DNA of 64,000 bases from an uncultured Candidatus Saccharibacteria bacterium (lineage in GTDB: Bacteria > Patescibacteriota > Saccharimonadia > Saccharimonadales > EFPC-124): assembly GCA_965225085.1 (NCBI GenBank), contig CBDDBE010000001.1:65641-129640 (forward strand), given 5' to 3'. The position numbers and the translations under genes are program-made. This document shows, in pieces, positions 19,201 through 26,247 of the stretch (its first letter is position 1; every line of letters begins with the position of its first letter). The notes below the pieces were generated by a model, which was not told the DNA's origin, did not search any database, and was given only the letters and a program-made list of their open reading frames with translations.

Positions 19201-20177
19201 TCCAGAACAGCAGTGCCAGCCAGCTTTTTTCCATTACACCGGCGGGATTGATCGGCACAGCGTCGGTTGACTCTACCAGCATTGTTGATGGTGCAATTGG
19301 CACAGCGGACATCGCAAACAATGCCATCACCAGCGCCCTTATCTCGTCAGGGGCGATTGGCAACAGCCAGCTCGCCTCCGATGCCGTGACTAGCTCCAAA
19401 ATCCTCGACGGTGCAATTGCAGCCGCAGACATCGGCTCTGGCGCAGTGACCAGTAGCGCCATTCTGGACGGAACCATTAGCTCCACAGACATAGCGACCG
19501 GGGCGGTGACCAGTGCCAACATCTTTGACGGGACAATAGCTGCGGCGGACATTGCCAGCGGCGCTGTTGGCACGTCGAATATCGCCAGCAGCGCCATTAC
19601 CTCGACCCTCCTGGCTAGCAATGCAGTGACCTCGGCCAAAATCGCCAGCGGCGCGGTCACGTCCACGCAGCTGGCTAGTAATGCCGTCGCCAGCACTAAT
19701 ATCGTCGACGGGGCCATTGCCACCGCCGACATCGCAAATGGCGCCATCACCAACAGCCTGCTGGGCGCAAACGCTGTCACGACCGACAAGCTATCGACGG
19801 CGTCGAACAAGAGGATCGTATCTGTTCAAATCGGCGACATCGCCTCGCTCATCTCGGGCACAACCGAGCGGCCGGTCTTCATCGCACCGACCAACGGCAC
19901 GATCACGAAGGTGACATTCACCGATGCTAACGGTATTACCTCGGCGCTGAATAAGGGCACCCTGTCGATCGAGCGCAAAACCGCCTCGACCGCCACTGTC
20001 GCTTCGGTGGCGCTCAACGCTATTTCGCTCAGCGCGTTCACACCCAATTCGCCCAGCCTTGGCAGCGGCACTAGCTTTAGCACCGGCGATGTATACTCAT
20101 TCAAATACGCCCAGGGGTTGCTTGGCGCAGCACTGACCGGGTTCCTCGTAACCATCGAATACGCTGCCAGCGAATAA
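16242..20177 (+). CDS. Giant membrane-anchored repeat (beta-solenoid-like) fibre protein
   Basis: 1311 aa, starting at GTG 16242 or ATG 16281. It has an N-terminal TM segment (IMIVILLLLIAGSSFVL). Long arrays have I/V/L at every 5th residue and a 10-aa unit (for example DGSVTSAKIL-DGAIATGDIA-SGAITNAKIA). Two ~75-aa non-repeat modules and a ~120-aa non-repeat C-terminal domain interrupt or follow the arrays. Confidence 0.8.
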   Translation: MPTANRNYKRASIMIVILLLLIAGSSFVLTNGIRPFSLLAQTTNNSTNTNVTIPKNSITGDQIAQHTLTDLAFSQSFLDWKNNTTSNLTAQNAQTTKLTQLFNSKPITLPLGSISLKNLGSDVLGALDNTSTNVTNVISTALTDGSVLTSSLADGAVTTLKLADNAITSTKIAAGSILDGALAAHTITNASIAAGAVTATELAAGSVTNTAIALGAVGISQLADGSVTSAKIQDGGVGTLDIASGAITHTLLSMHVVDATNITDGAIGATQLADGAITNIKLGANSVSAANIIDGAIDTNDIASGAITSPLLASSSVTSSALAANAVGTGQLADNAVTNAKLGASSVGTTNLMDGGITSAKILDGTINTSDIANSAITSGLISVGAIGTNQLAPDAVTSSRILDGAISTADIASGAITNSLLGANAVDTSQLADGSVTSAKILDGAIATGDIASGAITNAKIASGAVTGGLIAAGTITGSNISLGTISDSLLAAHTITNASIAAGTITATELGAGVVGAAQIADGSITSAKILDGTIAAADIANGAINTVQLVDGSVTSAKILDGTINTGDIASGAIGAAQLATDAVTGAKILDGTIGSGDIGTGAVTSGSILDGAITNADISSSAAIAASKLTGVLLSNPSTSQTLTYGGPTVQTIIQMANGQSAAPLSIQNSSASQLFSILPTGLIGTPSVDSTSIVDGAIGTADIATGAITGSTIAANAIGTTQLADSSVNSAKIIDGTIAAGDIANSAVGTSQLADSGITSAKILDGTISAADVATGAIGTTQLTDGAITGSKLGTSSVGTANLADSSVTSAKILDGAIATSDIASGAITSASILDGSIATADIANNAITSALIASNAVGTTQLADSSVTSAKILDGTIAATDIVNGAIGTAQLTDGSVTSAKILDGTIAAADIATGAITNSAILDGTITDADISSSAAIAASKLTGVLVTSPASSQTLAYGGPTVQTIIQMASGQSAAPFSVQNSSASQLFSITPAGLIGTASVDSTSIVDGAIGTADIANNAITSALISSGAIGNSQLASDAVTSSKILDGAIAAADIGSGAVTSSAILDGTISSTDIATGAVTSANIFDGTIAAADIASGAVGTSNIASSAITSTLLASNAVTSAKIASGAVTSTQLASNAVASTNIVDGAIATADIANGAITNSLLGANAVTTDKLSTASNKRIVSVQIGDIASLISGTTERPVFIAPTNGTITKVTFTDANGITSALNKGTLSIERKTASTATVASVALNAISLSAFTPNSPSLGSGTSFSTGDVYSFKYAQGLLGAALTGFLVTIEYAASE
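16690..19790 (+). repeat. Coding 30-nt (decapeptide) tandem repeat array with a 948-nt super-repeat
   Basis: The ATTCTGGATGG...GACATCAGCTCGTCGGC block begins at 18075 and again at 19023, which is 948 nt or 316 aa apart. The copies are roughly three-quarters identical by eye, with many synonymous differences. Confidence 0.75.
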
Positions 20178-20180
20178 GTG

Positions 20181-20576
20181 CTACTTTGTCCGGAGGCTGG
20201 TATCGCCAATGGTTATCAGGTCGACAGCCTTCGCCACAGATGGACGATACACGAGGATCCGTTTGGCCGCGGGGTACACAAACAGCGTATCGCCATTCTG
20301 AACGCGCGCGGCCAGGGCCTGGTTGGCTAGCTTGTTCTTGTCCGCGACAGTAAACGGCGTTGGATCTTCCTGAGGCAAGGCCAACACCGAACTAATGGTT
20401 TTGAGGATGCGATCCTGTTGAGCCTTGGCAGTATTCGACGCCTGCGCGTATTGCCTATACAAATAAAAACACAGCCCACTCGTCGCCAGCAGGAGCACTA
20501 CCATAACGCCAAAGGCTACCCGTCCCTTCACGGAACGACGGCGATGCGACCTCGTATCTGGATCTGGTTCGCTCAT
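20181..20576 (-). CDS. Hypothetical membrane-anchored protein
   Basis: 131 aa with a basic N-terminus and one TM segment (VAFGVMVVLLLATSGLCFYLY). No motif recognised. Confidence 0.5.
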   Translation of the reverse strand: MSEPDPDTRSHRRRSVKGRVAFGVMVVLLLATSGLCFYLYRQYAQASNTAKAQQDRILKTISSVLALPQEDPTPFTVADKNKLANQALAARVQNGDTLFVYPAAKRILVYRPSVAKAVDLITIGDTSLRTK

Positions 20577-20685
20577 GTTTTTAATGGTATACGAGTAACT
20601 AGGTATAACGCTGTGATTCCTGTCGTCAAGAATCTAAGCTTCGGATCACGTTTTTATTCGCTGAGGTAGCGTACTATCGCAAGTA

Positions 20686-21870
20686 ATGGATGTACTCGAT
20701 GGCTTCATACTGGCCGCATGTTTGGCCGCCGCCTGGATGGGAAGCCATATGGGTTTTGTACGGCAGGCGTGCGTTTCGTTTGGTTTCCTGGTGGGCTGCG
20801 TATGCGCTGCGCTAACCCAAAACTTCATCACCACGCTAGAAAATGCGCCCAGCAATGAAATTACCTTTTGGGCGTTGCTAGCATTGACGCTACTCATAAC
20901 CGGGCTTCTTTTTGATGTTGGGTATACGCTGGGTAATTTCCTGTACAAGGAAATATCTGGCTTCAAAAAACTGCGCGTAGTAGACACCGTAGGCGGCGCG
21001 GCTTTGGCCAGCGCAACAGTGTTGCTCGTCATCTTCCTGTGGGCTGGGCTCATCGCCCGTTCGCCCAACAGAATTGTCGCCGCACAGCTCAACGATTCCA
21101 TCGTTCTGAGCACCATCAGGCACAATCTCAACGGCTGGCTGCCGACCACATTTGTCCGAGCCGCCAACCTCCTGGATGCGCACGCCGTGCCACAGGTTTT
21201 TGTAGGTGCGGAGGTCAAAGCCGGCATTATCCGGAGCACGGCCAGCAGCCAAACCGTCGCAAACGTCATGCAAAAGGTTGCCGATTCGGTTGTCAGAATC
21301 ACCGCCCAAGGATGCGGCGGTACATCGACGGGCAGCGGGTTTGTAACTGGTGAAGGCCTCGTAGCCACCAACGCGCACGTCGTTTCGGGCAGCTCCAACA
21401 TCATCATTACCGACAAAAACGGTTTGCACGATGCCACATTGGTGGCGTTCGATCCGAACCTCGACTTGGCACTCTTACACGCCCCCAATCTAGCCGGACC
21501 AAAGCTCACACTCACCGAGCCGCCGTTTACCGAAGACCTTCCGACCATTAGCTTGGGGTACGAATCGTCAATCCTCCAAGCACACACTGGTACTATTTCG
21601 GATGCCGTGTGGGCAACAGGATACGACATCTACAACCAGGGCAAAACCACCAGACACGTCTACATCCTGCACGATACCATTGCCCATGGTGATTCGGGTG
21701 GACCGCTGCTCACGGCACATGGCGATCTGATTGGCATGATTTTTGCCAAGTCGACAGATCAAACGGGCGTTGGATACGCTCTGGCCAGCGACCAATTGCG
21801 CCCCTACCTAGCACCCGGCGATCACTACACCCAAGCAATTTCGTCAGGAGCTTGTGGAACCTACTACTAG
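20686..21870 (+). CDS. CvpA-family membrane domain fused to a trypsin-like serine protease (MarP-like)
   Basis: The N-terminus has four TM segments of CvpA type. The C-terminal S1 domain has GSGFVTGEGLVATNAHVV (His), D in DLALL, and GDSGGPLL (Ser). Confidence 0.8.
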   Translation: MDVLDGFILAACLAAAWMGSHMGFVRQACVSFGFLVGCVCAALTQNFITTLENAPSNEITFWALLALTLLITGLLFDVGYTLGNFLYKEISGFKKLRVVDTVGGAALASATVLLVIFLWAGLIARSPNRIVAAQLNDSIVLSTIRHNLNGWLPTTFVRAANLLDAHAVPQVFVGAEVKAGIIRSTASSQTVANVMQKVADSVVRITAQGCGGTSTGSGFVTGEGLVATNAHVVSGSSNIIITDKNGLHDATLVAFDPNLDLALLHAPNLAGPKLTLTEPPFTEDLPTISLGYESSILQAHTGTISDAVWATGYDIYNQGKTTRHVYILHDTIAHGDSGGPLLTAHGDLIGMIFAKSTDQTGVGYALASDQLRPYLAPGDHYTQAISSGACGTYY

Positions 21871-22484
21871 AAGTTGGCAGTGACACCAGTAATCGTATTG
21901 CCACCCTGCAAAGACTTGATAGTAATGGCAGCACCATTTGCCGAAGAAATCTTGCAGGTTTGCACCAGAATAAGCTGGTTGCTACAGTCAACGCCGAGCC
22001 CAGAGGCCTTGGCCGCGTTCAAAACCGTTTGGACATCCTGACCCGATGTCGCATCCTTCAGGACTTGCAGGAGCTCAGAGGTAGGATCGGTGCTGCTGGT
22101 TGTATTGTTCGTTGTCGTGGTGGTTGAACTATTGTTTGTCGTGGTGCTTGTGTTCGATGTGCTTTTATCTTGGCTGCTGGTCGTACCGCTTGTGCCGGTT
22201 GTACCAGAACTTTTATTTGCGGTCGATCCCGTGTTGCTGCCAGGCTGCGCGGTGCCCTGGTCTTGGGCAGTGGTCGACGGGGTAGTCGAGTCGCTCGGCG
22301 TAAATGCCGCCGTACGCGAAACATTCATTCCCCAGTTTGTCGCATATCCCATAGTAAGCGCCAGGAACAATACTAGTGCCAGCACGGTCCCGCCAGCCCA
22401 CGCCGTCCAGCGTCGCTCTCTAAGGAGGTTTTGAATTGATGACCCCTGTTGATCTTTCGAACCAGACTTCTTGTTTTGTGACAT
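21867..22484 (-). CDS. Ser/Thr-rich membrane-anchored hypothetical protein
   Basis: 205 aa with an N-terminal TM segment (WAGGTVLALVLFLALTMGY), a long S/T/N low-complexity region and a small C-terminal domain. Confidence 0.5.
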   Translation of the reverse strand: MSQNKKSGSKDQQGSSIQNLLRERRWTAWAGGTVLALVLFLALTMGYATNWGMNVSRTAAFTPSDSTTPSTTAQDQGTAQPGSNTGSTANKSSGTTGTSGTTSSQDKSTSNTSTTTNNSSTTTTTNNTTSSTDPTSELLQVLKDATSGQDVQTVLNAAKASGLGVDCSNQLILVQTCKISSANGAAITIKSLQGGNTITGVTANF

Positions 22485-22562
22485 AGTGTGTCCTTTATCT
22501 TACCTTTTGTACCAGCCTAACCTGTCGTCGTCCAAAAATCAGTGACGGCTTAAAGCGCCTGG

Positions 22563-22578
22563 CGTGATACTAATCACG
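22563..22578. promoter_or_regulatory. CGTGAT-N4-ATCACG palindrome upstream of the Crp-family gene
   Basis: cgtgatactaatcacg lies about 60 nt upstream of ATG 22639. It resembles Crp/Fnr-type sites (TGTGA-N6-TCACA or TTGAT-N4-ATCAA). Confidence 0.35.
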
Positions 22579-22638
22579 AAATATTACTTGACTATGTTGG
22601 TAGAATAAAAATGAGATACATTTTGATCGGAGCGCGCC

Positions 22639-23340
22639 ATGCTGTCCCCTAAGCCGGACGACACCACGTTACTGGACCTCTTTTTGTCTGGACGCCGATT
22701 AACGTACAGGCCAAAAGAATTAATATATCGACTAGGCGACGAGCCGTCTGGAGTCTATTTGATACACTCCGGCATGGTGAAGATATATACGCTGAATTCT
22801 CGAGCTGACGAAAGCATTATTATGACCCTCCGCGCCGGCGAAACATTCCTGATGGATTGGGCGCTGAGCGGCCAAGTTGGGCCAATCTACATCATGACTA
22901 TGACGCGCACCGAGGTACTACGAATCATGCGAAGTGTGCTTATCGAAGCCTGCCAGACGCAATCGGCCATTGCCCTCCGAGTCATGAAGGAGCTAGCCGG
23001 GCAGTTGACGCTCCTGACCGACCACATCAACAACCTCGACTATCGCAGCGCGCACGAACGAGTTATTTACCAGCTACTACATCTGGCCAACCGTCACGGC
23101 AAGGCAGTCGGAGCCGGCGCATTTATCATCAACCGACTGAACGCATCGCACAGCCACATCGCCGGATCGACCAGCCTGGCGCGCGAAACAGTTACCCGCG
23201 AGATCAACAATCTAGAAGCCCAAGGCATGATACGCCGCGTTCAAAAAGACATTATCATCCCCGACATCAATAAACTTGCCTGCAAAGTCGAACTAGAATG
23301 GCCTATCCTCGGCACCGAACGAGTGGGCTCGTTAGCATAA
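22639..23340 (+). CDS. Crp/Fnr-family transcriptional regulator
   Basis: It has a cNMP-binding-type beta-barrel (LIYRLGDEPSGVYLIHSGMVKIY...LRAGETF) and a C-terminal HTH (SLARETVTREINNLEAQGMIRR). Confidence 0.8.
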   Translation: MLSPKPDDTTLLDLFLSGRRLTYRPKELIYRLGDEPSGVYLIHSGMVKIYTLNSRADESIIMTLRAGETFLMDWALSGQVGPIYIMTMTRTEVLRIMRSVLIEACQTQSAIALRVMKELAGQLTLLTDHINNLDYRSAHERVIYQLLHLANRHGKAVGAGAFIINRLNASHSHIAGSTSLARETVTREINNLEAQGMIRRVQKDIIIPDINKLACKVELEWPILGTERVGSLA

Positions 23341-23409
23341 TACTATATTGCAATAATTATACTATTATTATATAGTATAACAGTCTCTTTTCGTGAAAGG
23401 ATCGGGGAA

Positions 23410-23781
23410 GTGGCTACGTACCCCTACGACCGGCTATCCACTATGGATCCGGCCGAGCTCCAAAGCATCTGGCAGGCTTGCCTGCAAGGCAACCAGACCT
23501 GTTGCGAAGCACACGCTCGGTACGACGCCGAGCCTGAAGACCAGGAAAAATTCGACATCTGGATGCAAGCCGTCCAGAGCGAACTCCTACGCCGCGGCCT
23601 GCCAACAGCGCGAGTGCGTGAGCCGTTCAATTGCCCGGGGTGTGGAGGCCAACTCCAGACCATCTCAGGCGAGTACGGCGCCGTGTACGTCGACTGTCAC
23701 ACTTGCCGCACCCGTCGTCGGCTCGGCGATCACATGAACTGCGCACTCGGGAGCCCAGAACGACTCCCGACAGCAGCCTGA
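23410..23781 (+). CDS. Hypothetical protein with a CxxC...CxxC zinc-ribbon-like motif
   Basis: GTG start preceded by AAAGGATCGGGG. CPGCGG...CHTCRTRRR is present. It sits in a G+C-rich patch with stacked ORFs. Confidence 0.4.
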   Translation: MATYPYDRLSTMDPAELQSIWQACLQGNQTCCEAHARYDAEPEDQEKFDIWMQAVQSELLRRGLPTARVREPFNCPGCGGQLQTISGEYGAVYVDCHTCRTRRRLGDHMNCALGSPERLPTAA

Positions 23782-23808
23782 GACCGCTCGGCAATCTAGG
23801 ACCGTCAA

Positions 23809-23915
23809 GGTATAATGCCGGCACCCACCGGCTGCCCTCCCTCCAAAGGATGGGCAGTCGGTGGGCAAACCACCCAAGCGCTTGATACATTCGAGCTTTT
23901 AGGTGGTTATTTTTA
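23809..23915 (+). repeat. Two-hairpin element, copy A (candidate sRNA or terminator module)
   Basis: GGTATAAT comes first. Hairpin 1 is CCCACCGGCTGCCC/GGGCAGTCGGTGGG and hairpin 2 is ACCACCCAAGCGCTTGA/TCGAGCTTTTAGGTGGT. A T-run (TATTTTT) follows. Confidence 0.55.
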
Positions 23916-24077
23916 CTACTGATACGCCCGATAATCGGCGCCGTCGCGCTAATTGACAAAGCTGACCGAAAAACAGTTCCAGAGAATCATGCTCCAGGGC
24001 ACGTCATGAAAGACTACCGACAAACACGATCATACTTCGTGAAGCTCAACCACCTGAACAATCGTAGGTATTAATGC

Positions 24078-25280
24078 TTAGGTGAGTAGAATTGCTGTCG
24101 TTAGTCGCATCGCCAGATTAGGCGGTGGCATGCCAAGTTTAACGCCACGCTTTCGTAAATCTCCTAGATCTATTTCTTTGCATTTGATATAAGCTGGCCC
24201 ATGCGCTCCTGAGTGTGTTTCGTCCCACACTGCTTGCTTAGCTGCCCTGCGGTCGCGACTCACCAGATCTTCACGCCCGCTATGTAATGCAGCAGCGGTT
24301 TCTGCCTCGTCCTCTCGTCCTGCTGTGCTTCCGTACTTTGATGGGTGAGGGTGAGCGCCCTCGTACACTTCTTGCCCGGCGCTGGCGCTAAACCTCCAGC
24401 CCACTGCCTTCGCAAACGGGCCAATGCTTCCTTTCGGCTCGTTAAGAAGCTTTGAATTTATGTGATCTAATTCATGAACAACAGTTGATTCAAGATCATC
24501 AACAGCAAAAAGGTCGCTATCCTTCTCTTCTACGTGCAGCTGGGCCGCATTTAGGAGTACACCGCCAACGGCTGCCATAGCCTTTGTTTTATTTTCTGCC
24601 CATAGCCCTTTCAAAAATTGTGCTCGCTGATCATTCTCATCGTCTTCCCTGAAGCCAGGCAATACGGCCATCATTTTAAGCCGCTCTAGGATACCTCCTC
24701 CAGTACGCTGAACGGCGGCTCGAGTCGCGTTGCAAATAGCGGCTAGCTGTTCATGGGCAAGGGGTTCGTCATTAAAATTGTAGAGAGGAAATGTTTGGCC
24801 GAAGGCTTCGAGCGTGAATGCTTGTTTTATACTTCCAAGGATTACTAAGTAAGCTCTCTCCAGAGATTCATAGCCTTCCGGGTTAACTAGCATATACTGC
24901 TTTAGCATTTCCTCAAACGACTTGGCTTGTTCTTCGGGTAATAGCGCTGAGTATTTGCCGCGATTACTGTCGTCCAAGAGCAAAAGCCTCCCATCATCTA
25001 GAAAAGAATCTGGCTCATCGGGTATAAGCCCTTCATCTACGGCAGCCCGGTATGCCGCACGTGGCAGTTGAATTATATCTGCCGACTCATATAGTGCTTC
25101 ACTTGGCGCAGGGTTTTCTGCTATTTCAAGGCTGTGAATCGTCCCGTCCCGTAAACCGGTTTTGACATACTCTATTCGCTCTGCTGGGCTTGCCAGTATT
25201 TCCGTCACTGGGATTGGCGGCTGGTTCTCTGTATTTTCTGCGTATTCAATCTGAAAACCCAGGGCCGTATTCAACGCCAC
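24078..25280 (-). CDS. Putative zinc metallopeptidase (HExxH), orphan
   Basis: 400 aa with TVVHELDHIN (HExxH). The GTG start has no properly spaced ribosome-binding site and overlaps an upstream 57-codon ORF in another frame, so a frameshift is possible. Confidence 0.55.
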   Translation of the reverse strand: MALNTALGFQIEYAENTENQPPIPVTEILASPAERIEYVKTGLRDGTIHSLEIAENPAPSEALYESADIIQLPRAAYRAAVDEGLIPDEPDSFLDDGRLLLLDDSNRGKYSALLPEEQAKSFEEMLKQYMLVNPEGYESLERAYLVILGSIKQAFTLEAFGQTFPLYNFNDEPLAHEQLAAICNATRAAVQRTGGGILERLKMMAVLPGFREDDENDQRAQFLKGLWAENKTKAMAAVGGVLLNAAQLHVEEKDSDLFAVDDLESTVVHELDHINSKLLNEPKGSIGPFAKAVGWRFSASAGQEVYEGAHPHPSKYGSTAGREDEAETAAALHSGREDLVSRDRRAAKQAVWDETHSGAHGPAYIKCKEIDLGDLRKRGVKLGMPPPNLAMRLTTAILLT

Positions 25281-25419
25281 CCTCGTACACAGTTGCTAGG
25301 TCTTCTAAAGCTTCATGGTAGTAGCCAGCCGGCGGAATTAGCTGCTCGGGAGGTATTTTTGAGTCGTCGAGTTGCGGTAAATCATCCATTCTAGCGTGAG
25401 ATTCAGGCGAGGTTATCAT
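25246..25419 (-). other. 57-codon ORF that may be the frameshifted N-terminus of the HExxH protein
   Basis: My translation is MITSPESHARMDDLPQLDDSKIPPEQLIPPAGYYHEALEDLATVYEGGVEYGPGFSD*. TATAAT lies about 17 nt upstream. It overlaps the 24078-25280 ORF by 35 nt. Confidence 0.3.
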
Positions 25420-25688
25420 AAGCATTAGTATATATTATAGTCGCTCTATTCGCCCGACTCATGCTCACCTTCCCCACCCAGTAGAGCCAACTGTAGTCGT
25501 GCCGTCAGAATAGCCGCCGAACGACCAGATCTGTACTGGGTTCTACGAGCGTCAATTGCACATCGTCCAATATTCCCGTCTGCACTTTTGACAGCGCGAC
25601 GTCCAATAATTCGCCATACCTACCAATAATGTTATTATATAGACGTTCGTGATACCGTAGTATTCTGCCTAAAGAAACGAGGGGGTTT

Positions 25689-25898
25689 GTGCCCAAGAAG
25701 CCGAAGCCCAAGATCTTCAAGGGATCGGGGCCTGTTCTCAAAACGGTGCAGGACGCCGTAACTGCGGAGTCTGAGACCTGGATGCGTAGTAGGGAGGGCC
25801 AGCGTGTCGGTGAATGGTCACGCACCCAAGCTATTGACTATTCCGAGAAGACGGGCCTCTACACGTTCACCGTGACCATCAGCTACGTCTACAAGTAG
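25689..25898 (+). CDS. Small hypothetical protein (lysine/proline-rich N-terminus)
   Basis: GTG start preceded by a strong ribosome-binding site (GAGGGGG). The product is MPKKPKPKIFKGSGPV... The competing antisense ORF 25505-25825 has no such signal. Confidence 0.35.
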   Translation: MPKKPKPKIFKGSGPVLKTVQDAVTAESETWMRSREGQRVGEWSRTQAIDYSEKTGLYTFTVTISYVYK

Positions 25899-25941
25899 CC
25901 TTCGCGCTCTTCATCGACAGGCTTAGATCCGTGGCTGCCAC

Positions 25942-26047
25942 GGTATGACCACACCCCACCGACAACTCTCCACAAGGACGGGCTGTCGGTGGGGAGCACC
26001 ACCTAAGTGCTTGACTTACTATCCGAGCTTTTAGGTGGTGTTTATTA
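25942..26047 (+). repeat. Two-hairpin element, copy B
   Basis: GGTATGAC comes first. Hairpin 1 is CCCCACCGACA/TGTCGGTGGGG and hairpin 2 is ACCACCTAAGTGCTTGA/CCGAGCTTTTAGGTGGT, followed by GTTTATT. It is collinear with copy A, and the stem changes are compensatory. Confidence 0.55.
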
Positions 26048-26247
26048 AGAGAGGTTTTAGTTGTCTGGTACTGAGAGATTCGAGCCCTAATTTACAGAGA
26101 TTAAGATCAAAAGAAAAGTTCGACAATACAAATCGTCGAACTTTTCTGGTCTGAATAATCTTATGGTGACCCCGCGGGGACCTTCGGCGAAACATCTTTG
26201 GGATATGGAATGGAGCGATTAGATGATCGGCTCAAAGAATTGGGTCT

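Noticed and set aside
16690-19790. Regular 30-nt periodicity that could superficially suggest a CRISPR-like or satellite array
   Set aside because: The repeats are in frame within one 3.9-kb ORF and are degenerate at synonymous sites. There is no repeat/spacer alternation and there are no cas genes. This is a coding tandem repeat.
17411-19810. 799-aa ORF antisense to the giant repeat gene, plus antisense ORFs at 16424-16867 and 17051-17410
   Set aside because: Its sequence is a monotonous hydrophobic mirror (MAPS.ILALVT...) of the sense decapeptide repeat. Stop-free antisense frames are expected from the GCN/GGC/ACC-rich 30-nt periodicity. The sense frame has a TM anchor, non-repeat domains and a coherent architecture.
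20646-21629. 327-aa ORF antisense to the CvpA-protease gene
   Set aside because: The plus-strand product has clear CvpA TM helices and a complete serine-protease triad. The antisense product has no motif and a biased composition.
23357-23380. AT-rich inverted repeat TTATACTAT-N6-ATAGTATAA after the Crp-family gene
   Set aside because: It is probably a weak bidirectional terminator or a promoter-region artefact of AT-rich DNA. It is too short and too low in complexity to interpret further.
25505-25825. 106-aa minus-strand ORF overlapping the 25689-25898 plus-strand ORF
   Set aside because: It has no ribosome-binding site or motif. The plus-strand ORF has a strong GAGGGGG ribosome-binding site and is followed by the repeat/terminator element. 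Both remain low confidence.
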